Of a stretch of 36,495 nucleotides of DNA, positions 8,390 through 17,557 are shown one piece after another. This stretch comes from Fibrobacterales bacterium (lineage in GTDB: Bacteria > Fibrobacterota > Fibrobacteria > Fibrobacterales > JAOPTW01), in NCBI GenBank assembly GCA_051532035.1, contig JAOPTW010000030.1, positions 1 to 36,495 of the forward strand, read 5' to 3'. Position numbers and translations under genes: made by a program. The notes under the pieces are model-generated. The model was not told the DNA's origin. It made no database searches and saw nothing but the letters and a program-made list of their open reading frames with translations. Positions within the stretch are counted from its first letter, which is position 1. Each line of letters starts with the position of its first letter.

Positions 8390-9805
8390 CTAGCTCAGCT
8401 CTTTTTTACTTAAATACGCAGTACATTCAGGGCAGAATGATTTCATCTGTTTCCATTCGCCCGTAGACCAGTGCATAACACATATATCGGTGGTATCATT
8501 GGTTGGTGATCGCAAGTCTTTTGCTTCATCATAGGTGGTGCCAAATGTACAATGTTCACCTTGGCCACCTTGAGCCGTATGATAGGTTGTGGCACTCGGA
8601 TTTACCATATTGAGTCCATGACCTAATTCATGTGCAATAGTTGCAGCAATACCTTCCATAGAATCATCGGGAGCGCATAAAATACTCATACCACCATTAT
8701 TCCAGCCACCAAGCTCCTTACCAAACTCAAAACGGTGCACCTCTACATCTACATTGAATTCAGAGCCATCAGCAATACTATCAGGATTATTTTCGGGATA
8801 ATAGATGGCGTTCCTGAGGTCGAGTATTATGGCGTTATCTGACTCAAATTCCCATGCAGCAGCAAAGGATGGACCAATGTGTTCATCACGACCCTTGAGG
8901 TGCTTGTCCGCAATATAGAGCTCTTTTAAACCGCCCACTTTTTCACCGTTGTACGTTATGGAATCTCCCAGTCTAAATTGAGTGGTTCTTTTAGATTCGG
9001 GTAAAAATAGGCGCATTTTATAACCATCAACAATGGTAAACATATCAAGTAATTTTTCGTCATTAAAAGACTCGAGAGTATCACAACTTGCGGGCTCATT
9101 GTAGATTTCTGATTTAACACCGAGCTGTTTAAATTCGAAGGTTGTGGTATTTACCTTTTTAATAACAAACCGATACTTTTTAAATACGTTATACCACTCT
9201 TTTTTCTTTACGGTAACAGTCGCTTGAGAGCGACACATCATTTTTTCAATGACCGTTCCTTTTTCTACTTCTTGTATCCCTTTGGTGAGGGTCTTTTCTT
9301 TAACTTTTTTACTTCCGGGGAGAACCTCCATGCCTGCAGGAGCATAATAATCTTTTACTTTTGACAGAGCTGAGTTGACTTTTGAGTAGATTGCTTTATT
9401 AAAGTCGTTATCCTCTGTTGTAATATCGAGGTTGAGGTAATACCGTTGTTTGGCGGTAACGTTCTTAATTGCTACCGCTTCTTGGCCAGGGTATGCTGCC
9501 TTAAGGCGATAGGTAACATTATTAATGGGAGCCATAACAAATCGTTTATAGTGATAATCTTTGTCGTTCTTTGGGGCAGAAATATCATCTTTAAATTTGG
9601 CTTTTTCTGTCACAGTATCTTTTAAGTGTTCTGGACAGTTTTCTGTGGTATAGCTCCATGTTACTTCGGGTTCATCCCCTTTTCCTTTTGTTTTTTTTAC
9701 ACGTACTTGAATATCACAACCAAAAATAGTCGCATTTTCAGATCTTTTGTTGGCATACTTTATATTGAGTACACGGTCTCGGTGACTGAGTTTCGTATGG
9801 GGCAT
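8390..9805 (-). CDS. Putative zinc metallopeptidase with archaemetzincin-like C-terminal domain
   Basis: TIAHELGHGL (HExxH) followed by HC...CVMH...FCPEC. No signal peptide. AAGGA RBS. Confidence 0.65.
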   Translation of the reverse strand: MPHTKLSHRDRVLNIKYANKRSENATIFGCDIQVRVKKTKGKGDEPEVTWSYTTENCPEHLKDTVTEKAKFKDDISAPKNDKDYHYKRFVMAPINNVTYRLKAAYPGQEAVAIKNVTAKQRYYLNLDITTEDNDFNKAIYSKVNSALSKVKDYYAPAGMEVLPGSKKVKEKTLTKGIQEVEKGTVIEKMMCRSQATVTVKKKEWYNVFKKYRFVIKKVNTTTFEFKQLGVKSEIYNEPASCDTLESFNDEKLLDMFTIVDGYKMRLFLPESKRTTQFRLGDSITYNGEKVGGLKELYIADKHLKGRDEHIGPSFAAAWEFESDNAIILDLRNAIYYPENNPDSIADGSEFNVDVEVHRFEFGKELGGWNNGGMSILCAPDDSMEGIAATIAHELGHGLNMVNPSATTYHTAQGGQGEHCTFGTTYDEAKDLRSPTNDTTDICVMHWSTGEWKQMKSFCPECTAYLSKKELS

Positions 9806-9836
9806 AGTGATTATTCCTTATGTAGATTGGAAAGGG

Positions 9837-11390
9837 TTAGAGTATTGTGTCATCGTCATCGTCATCGTCATCGTCATTTTCAACGGTCCATTGCGCTATT
9901 GGAGACGCCTCTTTTGTATCGTACTGAGCTTCATTCTCATCGTTATCATCATCTTCTTCAACAGTCCATAAAGGGATCGCTTCAGCAGTTTCACTTTTGT
10001 ATTCTGCTTCGTCTTCATTTTCGTCTTCTCCCGAAATATCCCAATTACTTAACACTGCTCCTTTAACTTCAAGTAATGTTAATTGGGTGAGAGTGGGGTC
10101 AAAGGTAGTCACTGCTGACTGATCCATTTCTGGGCTTGCAGCTGGAAGTTGAGGAGGATTGGGCGAATCGTGAAAATGTATTTCGACTCTCGTATCATTC
10201 TCTGAGTTTAAGCCAGAAAGGGAAATGGAATCTTTGGGGAAGAGGGAGCCACAAGGAAAAAATCCTTGTGTATCAGAGCTTACGCGAACGACAGTACGCT
10301 CCTCTTTACAATCAGCGCCATCAAATATATAACTGCGCATTATGGTGAGAAAGGCATTCCACGTGTCGCTATTGAGTTCTCCTGACTCCTGTATAGAAGC
10401 AGAGTATCGTTGATTAAAGCCTTGTTGAAAGCGAATCAATGCAGTTTTTGCACTACCATCTTGAGAATCAATATTGGTATCCCAATTATGGTTACTATGT
10501 AATGTATTTAAAATGGTTTCATAGGCAATAGAACTACTCTCTGAATCGGTAACCTTTTTCCAAAGGGTAGTATCGCCTGTAAGTAGGGCAAGTACACCTT
10601 GGGCACGTAATTCTGAGAGAGAATAGTCTTTTGAATTATCAGTCGTCTCTGCACTATGAGCATAGACCGTTAACTCTTTATCAGGCCATGAGTCTAGGTA
10701 ACGGATGCTCCCGCAGAGGGCATCCAATAAAATATTTTCACCATCGAAAGAAGGGACCGCACAACCAGGAGTAAATATAGTACTAGGAATTTCGATCACG
10801 CTATTATTATAAAGCACTTTGGGGAGTTCTAACAGGGGGCTGGTTATGATTGAGTCGTCCTGCATACACTCAGCGGTAAAACCATACTGGATCACGTCTC
10901 CTTTGCTTTTGTTTTTTTCAAAATAGAAACCCATATGCTGAAAAATTTCTGCAGAAACTTTTGCAATACCATTATGAATGGCGCCAACTAATGGGGGACT
11001 TGTTTCGATAACCCCATTAAAATCTGCAGTGAGAGTAAAAGTAATTTCACTTGGATGGCGGTCGGTGAGAAATGCAACGTCTACTTTGAGATCGGTAGTG
11101 TCATAAATACTGATGGTATCAGCATCGGTAATAATTGGATTACTGAGGGCAACAAGGGGTTCCTGTATCTCTTCGGGTGGTTCTTCTTCTACTGGATTTT
11201 CTGAAGTATTCTCAGCTGATTGGTCTGTGCTTTGACTTTCACTACTATTGGGAGAAGAAGCAGCAGGACTCGATGATGCCATTCCTCCTCCGCCTGATCT
11301 ATGTGAATTTGCTCCAGAGTAGAATGCATCAGTATTTTCTAAAGATGAATGGTCGAGCCGAGAACGATGGCTATCTGAGTCTTGAAACAT
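9837..11390 (-). CDS. Acidic protein with degenerate OmpA-C-like domain and inserted peptidoglycan-binding-like module
   Basis: VYAHS...LSELRAQGV and DTRVEI resemble GHTD..LS..RA..V and NRRVEI. ALIRFQ...SGELNSDTW resembles PG_binding_1. GAGGGG RBS. Confidence 0.55.
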   Translation of the reverse strand: MFQDSDSHRSRLDHSSLENTDAFYSGANSHRSGGGGMASSSPAASSPNSSESQSTDQSAENTSENPVEEEPPEEIQEPLVALSNPIITDADTISIYDTTDLKVDVAFLTDRHPSEITFTLTADFNGVIETSPPLVGAIHNGIAKVSAEIFQHMGFYFEKNKSKGDVIQYGFTAECMQDDSIITSPLLELPKVLYNNSVIEIPSTIFTPGCAVPSFDGENILLDALCGSIRYLDSWPDKELTVYAHSAETTDNSKDYSLSELRAQGVLALLTGDTTLWKKVTDSESSSIAYETILNTLHSNHNWDTNIDSQDGSAKTALIRFQQGFNQRYSASIQESGELNSDTWNAFLTIMRSYIFDGADCKEERTVVRVSSDTQGFFPCGSLFPKDSISLSGLNSENDTRVEIHFHDSPNPPQLPAASPEMDQSAVTTFDPTLTQLTLLEVKGAVLSNWDISGEDENEDEAEYKSETAEAIPLWTVEEDDDNDENEAQYDTKEASPIAQWTVENDDDDDDDDDTIL

Positions 11391-11732
11391 ATTTCCCCTC
11401 CCAAAGTGTGCGTTATGTAGATACTTTTAATACGTTCTGTTGTAAAATAAATCTCAAATCTATTACAGCTTTGTAATGCTTTTAATGTAGCTAACCAATT
11501 CAAAATGGTTAATGGAGTAATAGAGTAGTTTCGCTCTCTTAATAGAGAGCACAGAAAGTACAGAGAGCACCATTTGTTTCACTTGTGATAGCGTCAGGTA
11601 TTCTAGGATCAGTACGATACGTACACAAAAAATATACCCCTCCAAAACTAGAAGGGTTTGATGACCTCTTAAATCGTCGTAGCAATGAGTTTAATGAATA
11701 TTTTAGGGGGTCTCAGTTATGATATCCCTTTT

Positions 11733-14411
11733 TCAAAAAAAATCATACTGACCTAGGTCGAGGTATCCTGTGTGAATCACAGGATCAATACCTGGTTGGG
11801 TCGTACTTTTATACTGGTGAATCCAATCATAGAATGGCCAGAACTCTGCACTGTTTCTCGCAATACCATACTTTTTAATAAAGAGCTTCCATTCTTGTTC
11901 TGAGGTGATGGCTGCAAGTGTATTGAGAGAGGTGTTTAAGTGTCCTAGAGGAATCTCGATGAAGATATTTGGATATGCCCCAACCACGCCACGATAGAGG
12001 CTCAGTGAATGATGAGTAGGATCAATAGTTTTAGTATCGGTACTCACCACTAGGTTCGAACGGTAGCTCTTATTATTCACAAGGCTATAGATGTATGAAA
12101 CACCGAGCGTATCAGTAATTTTAATAAGTGTATTATTGGGAACAAATTGAGCCAAGGAAAATCGATCCTTTATATAACTCTTTCCTGTAAGTAACGTTTG
12201 AGCCTGCTGTTCCCATGTTTCTATCGATGAACTGAGGGTATCCCTCATAAAAGTATGGTCTATAATTGGTTGTAGATACCGACTCCCTTTGGTAATAAAG
12301 AGTTGTTGTAGGGAGTCTGCTGCATATTGAGGGGCAGATTTTGTGAGTTGGGTGTACTGTTTGATGAGAGTGGAATCTCCAGAGCTCCGAACAGGAATAT
12401 TACTTATAGAAGCGAGACTTTCCATACCGTGTGCCTTGTCATACAGAACCCAACCAAGGCCTTTGCTGTATGTTTTTCTCAGCTCTTTACGTGCCCCCTT
12501 GGGTAAAAATGAGAGGGCAAGATCTTCTGCTTCAAGACGTACATACGACATAATTCTAAATGAACTCACCTTCATTGCGAGGTCGCCATTAGGGAGGTAA
12601 TTTGCAACGAGGTTGTAATAGAGGCGCTCAAAGTTTGCAAAACTCAGTACCCAGATACTCCCAGGATTGCCGCCTTCTGGGCCATATTGCAGTGATGCAT
12701 TGCGTTCGTGACGGGTTATATTAAGCCATGCATTCTGATTGATTGTGGAATCTCCAGGAGTAGTACCATCCCACAGATCAGTAATGGAAAGTCCTGTGCG
12801 TTTTTTAGAGCGTAAATGCCGTCTCAATTCTGTTTCATAAGCGCGCGCCAGTGTCCCTTTATACGTGTGAGTGTTCTTTAAGTAGTTAAGAGCCGCTTTT
12901 CCATCCACGATATTTTCTCCCACACCTTCAATAGTACTCCAGACCGATGAGAGCTCTTTAAATTGTGACGGTGTGTTGAGCGCAAGAGAGTCTTGATTAC
13001 GTCCTGTGCCGTGAGCTTTCCAGTTAGGAAGGCCGAGTTGTGGTTTGAGTACGGAAACATCTGACCCAGGATTCAAAAACCAGATCCAAAAGTGATCTTT
13101 AATAGCATAGGTCGCTCCTGAACCAACACAGACGCCCCCTTGAATCATGGCACCGATGATAATGTCTGAGTTTTCAATCATAAATTGATAGCGAGCTTTT
13201 GCAGGAATATGAGAAAAATATTCAAAAGGGTTGCTGCTCTCATATACGGGCTCTGATATGACATCAGCCTCCCAAGATGTATCAAAGATATCTTCAATGC
13301 GAGCCAGTTTTGTACTGTCGACCTTCCATACTATCATCTTCTTATGGACGGGTATCTCAACTACTTTTTTGAAAAGGTACGAAATGTCTGGTTGGTTGGC
13401 TCCTGTTTGATAGGGGAGTTCTGTAACCAACTCTCCAAGAGTCCCGTTATCAAGTGGTGCATAGCGAGTCAGTTTGAAATATTCTCCGGGGGTCTCGGCA
13501 AAATGGTAATAGGCAGTAAACGAGTGTTCATAGATAAACCGTGCGATATGATGTGCTTGAGCTGAAGAGCGGTTAAGAAAGTCTTCCCACTGGGCTAATA
13601 CCTCGGGGTGAGTGGGATGTCGTTTTTCTCGCTCTTCTTTTGGGGTTGGGCCAGGAGCGCCTTTGGCTAACCAAGTGTCAATTACTTCGAGTTCGCTACT
13701 ATCGAGGCTCGGGAGAGCAAACGGCATAGAGGCACCATGGGCAATGCTATCTACATCTTCATGATTTTTAAAATAGGTTGCGGGAGTGATAACATCCCAA
13801 GGATTATTTTCTGAGTTATTATAAAATTCATTAAACTGTTCATCAGTTGCAACACACTGATATTTATTTGAGCGTGCATATCTTCGATTGGTTTTTTCGA
13901 GTTTTTCTGTGAGATGGAAACCCACTTTATTCGTCTCTGCACTGTTCTGAAGGAACTCTTTCATGAGTGAGGCATTCCACTCTGCAACATTCCCTGATTG
14001 CATTGGTTCAACAGGGTGGTGGATTACCGGTTGAAAACCAATACTGCGCCATTTCTCGTGAGGATAGATATCGTTCATCTGCGTAATAGGCATCGCTGCA
14101 TAGCGGTCCATGTTATAGATAGGGGTAGGATTATAGCCTCTGCGTACTCCAGAATACGTTTGCATATTCAGTTGACACGGAGCTTCATAGCAGCCGTGAC
14201 ACGAAACACACCGCTGAGCAAAAATAGGTTCAATGGTTTTGTAATAGAGGCTATCACCACTCTCTTCAGAGAACCATGATTGGAAGCTCTCTTCTGTATC
14301 GTACACTTTAGGAAGGTCGGTCTCATAGCTGACTAAGAATTGACGAATCATGGAGCAGCCTGAGAAAAAAATCAGGAAGAGAACCAAGAGCGATCGGACA
14401 TTATGTTTCAT
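11733..14411 (-). CDS. cti: Fatty acid cis/trans isomerase (heme c), predicted lipoprotein
   Basis: IEPIFAQRCVSCHGCYEAPCQL (CxxCH), IPAKARYQFM, FERLYYNLVANY, GVVGAYPN, FWPFYDW, GYLDL. Lipobox FSG-C. Confidence 0.88.
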   Translation of the reverse strand: MKHNVRSLLVLFLIFFSGCSMIRQFLVSYETDLPKVYDTEESFQSWFSEESGDSLYYKTIEPIFAQRCVSCHGCYEAPCQLNMQTYSGVRRGYNPTPIYNMDRYAAMPITQMNDIYPHEKWRSIGFQPVIHHPVEPMQSGNVAEWNASLMKEFLQNSAETNKVGFHLTEKLEKTNRRYARSNKYQCVATDEQFNEFYNNSENNPWDVITPATYFKNHEDVDSIAHGASMPFALPSLDSSELEVIDTWLAKGAPGPTPKEEREKRHPTHPEVLAQWEDFLNRSSAQAHHIARFIYEHSFTAYYHFAETPGEYFKLTRYAPLDNGTLGELVTELPYQTGANQPDISYLFKKVVEIPVHKKMIVWKVDSTKLARIEDIFDTSWEADVISEPVYESSNPFEYFSHIPAKARYQFMIENSDIIIGAMIQGGVCVGSGATYAIKDHFWIWFLNPGSDVSVLKPQLGLPNWKAHGTGRNQDSLALNTPSQFKELSSVWSTIEGVGENIVDGKAALNYLKNTHTYKGTLARAYETELRRHLRSKKRTGLSITDLWDGTTPGDSTINQNAWLNITRHERNASLQYGPEGGNPGSIWVLSFANFERLYYNLVANYLPNGDLAMKVSSFRIMSYVRLEAEDLALSFLPKGARKELRKTYSKGLGWVLYDKAHGMESLASISNIPVRSSGDSTLIKQYTQLTKSAPQYAADSLQQLFITKGSRYLQPIIDHTFMRDTLSSSIETWEQQAQTLLTGKSYIKDRFSLAQFVPNNTLIKITDTLGVSYIYSLVNNKSYRSNLVVSTDTKTIDPTHHSLSLYRGVVGAYPNIFIEIPLGHLNTSLNTLAAITSEQEWKLFIKKYGIARNSAEFWPFYDWIHQYKSTTQPGIDPVIHTGYLDLGQYDFF

Positions 14412-14547
14412 TGGACATACCTTTTGCTTACAGTGAAGAAGTAAAAGATACTATTTTCTGAACAGAGCTGAAGGGCATGCTTCTATTAAAATAGAGTTAG
14501 GCCTCACTGGCTCATAATAATGACATCACTGAATTTACTGGTGAGAC

Positions 14548-15360
14548 TTATTCACAGCCGCTCACACATTGCCCCATAGAGTAACGCATCAGTGATACGA
14601 GTCGTCCATTTTTATCCCACAATTTGTACGAACCATGGTACAAATTTTCAAAGTAGTCAATTGAGGCATGCCGCTTTGTCGATTTATAATAAGTTTGATA
14701 GATACCGTGTTTTTTATCATTTTTATAGTGAGTCTCTTTCTGTATATGGCCTTTTGCATCCCAAATGAGATGTTCGCCATTACGCTTTCCTTCTCTGTAA
14801 TGCATTTTTTCTAAGAGCTTACCGTTTTCATCCCAAAGAAGCACAATTCCCTCAGGAATACCATTTTTATAGTAGAGCTCTCTCTCTTTGTTTCCATTCT
14901 CATACAGTGTTCTATACAGCCCTTCAAATTGGCTTCGCTTATAGTGGATCACTTTCTTGACTGTACCATTACTATACCACTCTCGATAGAGGCCATGTCT
15001 ATTACCCTTTGAGTAGTGAATCTCTTTTTGCAGTATTCCATCTTTACCCCAGTATGAGTAGAGGCCATCTTTTGCATTGTGTTTATAATGAATACGCTCT
15101 GCAATGACCCCATTGGGGTAGTAATAGGTAAACGTACTGTCTCTCAGTCCATTTTTATAATAGGCTTCAATCCAGAGATACCCGGTACTGTCCCATTTTT
15201 GATACAGACCGTCTTTTCTATCCGGGTGACTTTTGAGTACCCAATAATACTCACTACGGTTGCCATCGCTATAATAGGTTCGTTGTCTAATATGACGGTT
15301 ATCTTGAGCATTACAAAGATGTACCAACAGGCCCAAAATAATTATTATCTTTACCACCAT
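14548..15360 (-). CDS. Secreted MORN-variant repeat protein (YwqK-like)
   Basis: Nine 24-aa repeats G.Y..WY.NG......Y.NG, signal peptide, AAGGAG RBS. Confidence 0.85.
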   Translation of the reverse strand: MVVKIIIILGLLVHLCNAQDNRHIRQRTYYSDGNRSEYYWVLKSHPDRKDGLYQKWDSTGYLWIEAYYKNGLRDSTFTYYYPNGVIAERIHYKHNAKDGLYSYWGKDGILQKEIHYSKGNRHGLYREWYSNGTVKKVIHYKRSQFEGLYRTLYENGNKERELYYKNGIPEGIVLLWDENGKLLEKMHYREGKRNGEHLIWDAKGHIQKETHYKNDKKHGIYQTYYKSTKRHASIDYFENLYHGSYKLWDKNGRLVSLMRYSMGQCVSGCE

Positions 15361-15380
15361 AACTCCTTACACAACCCTTT

Positions 15381-16151
15381 ATGACTAAAAGATATACCAC
15401 TCTACCTCTAATTATCGGCTTTATTTTACAATGTTTCACTACTTTATGGGCTGGTGACTGGAAAATAGTCAATAAATTCCCTCACGACCCCCAAGCATTT
15501 ACCCAAGGGTTGCTCTACGAGTCGGGAAAACTATATGAAAGTACTGGCCTCTATGGTGCATCTGATATACGAATTGTCTCTCTTGCAGATGGTAAGGTGC
15601 TTAAAAAGGTGCGTAATAAACCCAATCTTTTTGCCGAAGGGCTCTGTAGCATTGGCGATAAGCTCTATCAGCTCAGTTGGAAAGAACGTCAAATTATCAT
15701 CTATTCACTTAATCTCGGTATTATTGAGAGGAGAGAGTACCCCATTGCAGAGGGGTGGGGGTGTACTACTAACGGAACAGAGCTTATAACGAGTGATGGT
15801 ACCAATACACTCTATTTTTTAAATGCCAAAACATTGAAGCAGGTAAAGAGTATCTCAGTCGTTGATGGTTTTACTCCGGTTACTCGAATTAATGAGCTCG
15901 AATATAGCCATGGATTAATTTATGCAAATGTGTGGCAGAGTAATGATATTGTGGTGATAAATCCTGCAACAGGGCGTGTACAAAAAAAGTTTGATATGAG
16001 TCTCCTTGTTACTCAGGCAACTGCCATAGCTCGGGCACAAGGTCAACAGATTGATGTACTCAATGGTATCGCCTACAATCCAGGCAGTGATACTTATTAT
16101 ATTACCGGTAAATTATGGCCCATTATCTATGAGGTGTCTTTTGAAAAGTAG
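15381..16151 (+). CDS. Glutaminyl-peptide cyclotransferase (beta-propeller type)
   Basis: HDPQAFTQGL, ESTGLYG, FAEG, EGWG, INELE, VLNGIAY, TGKLWP motifs plus a signal peptide. Confidence 0.92.
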   Translation: MTKRYTTLPLIIGFILQCFTTLWAGDWKIVNKFPHDPQAFTQGLLYESGKLYESTGLYGASDIRIVSLADGKVLKKVRNKPNLFAEGLCSIGDKLYQLSWKERQIIIYSLNLGIIERREYPIAEGWGCTTNGTELITSDGTNTLYFLNAKTLKQVKSISVVDGFTPVTRINELEYSHGLIYANVWQSNDIVVINPATGRVQKKFDMSLLVTQATAIARAQGQQIDVLNGIAYNPGSDTYYITGKLWPIIYEVSFEK

Positions 16152-17127
16152 AAAGAGTGATGATGCAGTTCCCGTGCATAGGATTCCCGAAATTATTGCA
16201 GAAGCAGAGAGAAAAAGAGCTCAGATTGATGGCAATGTCTATCGAGTTATCAATGGTGTTGGTGACGGCTTAGCCGGTATAACTCTTGATCGCTTTAATC
16301 GACATTACGTGCTACAGCTATTTGATGAGTCACTTGCAAAGCGTGCCGAATATATCGGAAGGCGGGTTCTCGATACAGTGGATGCCGACTATTTCATTAT
16401 TAAAATGCGCTGTTGGTCCGATGGACTTTCACTGGAAGAAGCCCCTGTTATCATTTTAAAAGGTGATGATCCCCATACGACCGTGATAGAAAATGGTGTC
16501 TCTTTTCATATTCATGTGAATGATGCCATTAACAATGGTTTGTTTCTTGATATGCGGGCCAATAGACTCCTTGCGACCGAAAACATGGAAGGTAAATCGA
16601 TTCTTAATGGTTTTGCCTATACCTGCTCATTTGGTGCTTATGCGAAACACTTTGGGGCGACAAAAACGGTGAATGTTGATATAAGCCAAAAAATACTTGA
16701 TGCCGGTAAAGCGAATTATGAACTTAATGGATTTGAGGTTGATGATGAAAGTTTCATACGCGCTGATGTTATTGAATATTTGGAACGCTTAAAAAAGAGT
16801 GGTACAACTTTTGATCTCGTGGTGATGGATCCTCCATCATTTTCTCGGTATAAAGGAAAAACTTTTTCTGCTAAAAAATCTCTTGATTTCATCACCGAAA
16901 CATCGTTGTATCTTCTGAATTCCGAAGGAACACTCCTTATCTCGACCAATAATAGCTCAATTTCCACTCAAACCTTGAAAAGAATAGTGAACGCATGTTG
17001 TGTAAAACTAGGATACACTCTCAAGAGTGCTCAATTGATTGGTCAAGGGGGGGATTTTCCCGGCTCCGGAAAAGTAAGAGAGAGTCATTTAGCGGGTGTT
17101 TTGGCTAAAATTTCAAAAACAAATTGA
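16141..17127 (+). CDS. Class I SAM-dependent rRNA methyltransferase (RlmI/RlmK-like)
   Basis: YRVINGVGDGL, GLFLDMRANR, LNGFAYTCSFG, NVDIS, DPPSF. Start uncertain (TTG 16141 after GAGGTG, or ATG 16129). Confidence 0.85.
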   Translation: MKSRKSDDAVPVHRIPEIIAEAERKRAQIDGNVYRVINGVGDGLAGITLDRFNRHYVLQLFDESLAKRAEYIGRRVLDTVDADYFIIKMRCWSDGLSLEEAPVIILKGDDPHTTVIENGVSFHIHVNDAINNGLFLDMRANRLLATENMEGKSILNGFAYTCSFGAYAKHFGATKTVNVDISQKILDAGKANYELNGFEVDDESFIRADVIEYLERLKKSGTTFDLVVMDPPSFSRYKGKTFSAKKSLDFITETSLYLLNSEGTLLISTNNSSISTQTLKRIVNACCVKLGYTLKSAQLIGQGGDFPGSGKVRESHLAGVLAKISKTN

Positions 17128-17185
17128 CTTATCTTTAAAAGGTTTGGTATACTCCAATTTAGAACACTTTGTTTTAGGTATTGGA

Positions 17186-17557
17186 ATGAAAATATTACTT
17201 GTTGACGATTCATCTACTATGCGCAGAATTCAGAAAAATACTCTTAAATCTATTGGGTTTGAGGATGTTACTGAGGCAGAAGATGGGCAGATTGCACTTG
17301 ATATGCTTGTCAAAAATCCAACATATGAGCTCGTGCTCCTTGACTGGAATATGCCCAATATGAATGGCATTGATTGCCTTAAAAATATTAAGTCTTCAGA
17401 GACAACGAAGCATATCCCTGTAATAATGGTAACTTCGGAGTCGGAAAAGAGCAGAATTATTGAGGCGATTCAAACAGGTGCTTCAAATTATGTGGTAAAA
17501 CCATTTCAACCAGATACTTTGAAAGAAAAAATTCAATCAACTATGGAAACAGAGTAA
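17186..17557 (+). CDS. cheY: CheY-like single-domain response regulator
   Basis: MKILLVDDSSTMRRI, LLDWNMPNMNG, MVTSE, YVVKPF. Confidence 0.85.
   Translation: MKILLVDDSSTMRRIQKNTLKSIGFEDVTEAEDGQIALDMLVKNPTYELVLLDWNMPNMNGIDCLKNIKSSETTKHIPVIMVTSESEKSRIIEAIQTGASNYVVKPFQPDTLKEKIQSTMETE

Noticed and set aside
11463..11645. 60-aa ORF with VLSVLSVLS from a three-copy 9-nt repeat (11543-11569)
   Set aside because: No motif or clear RBS. Probably intergenic, and the repeat is too short to interpret.
14548..15360. Toxin-antitoxin system implied by the YwqK-like repeats
   Set aside because: There is no adjacent toxin gene, and MORN-variant repeats are generic.
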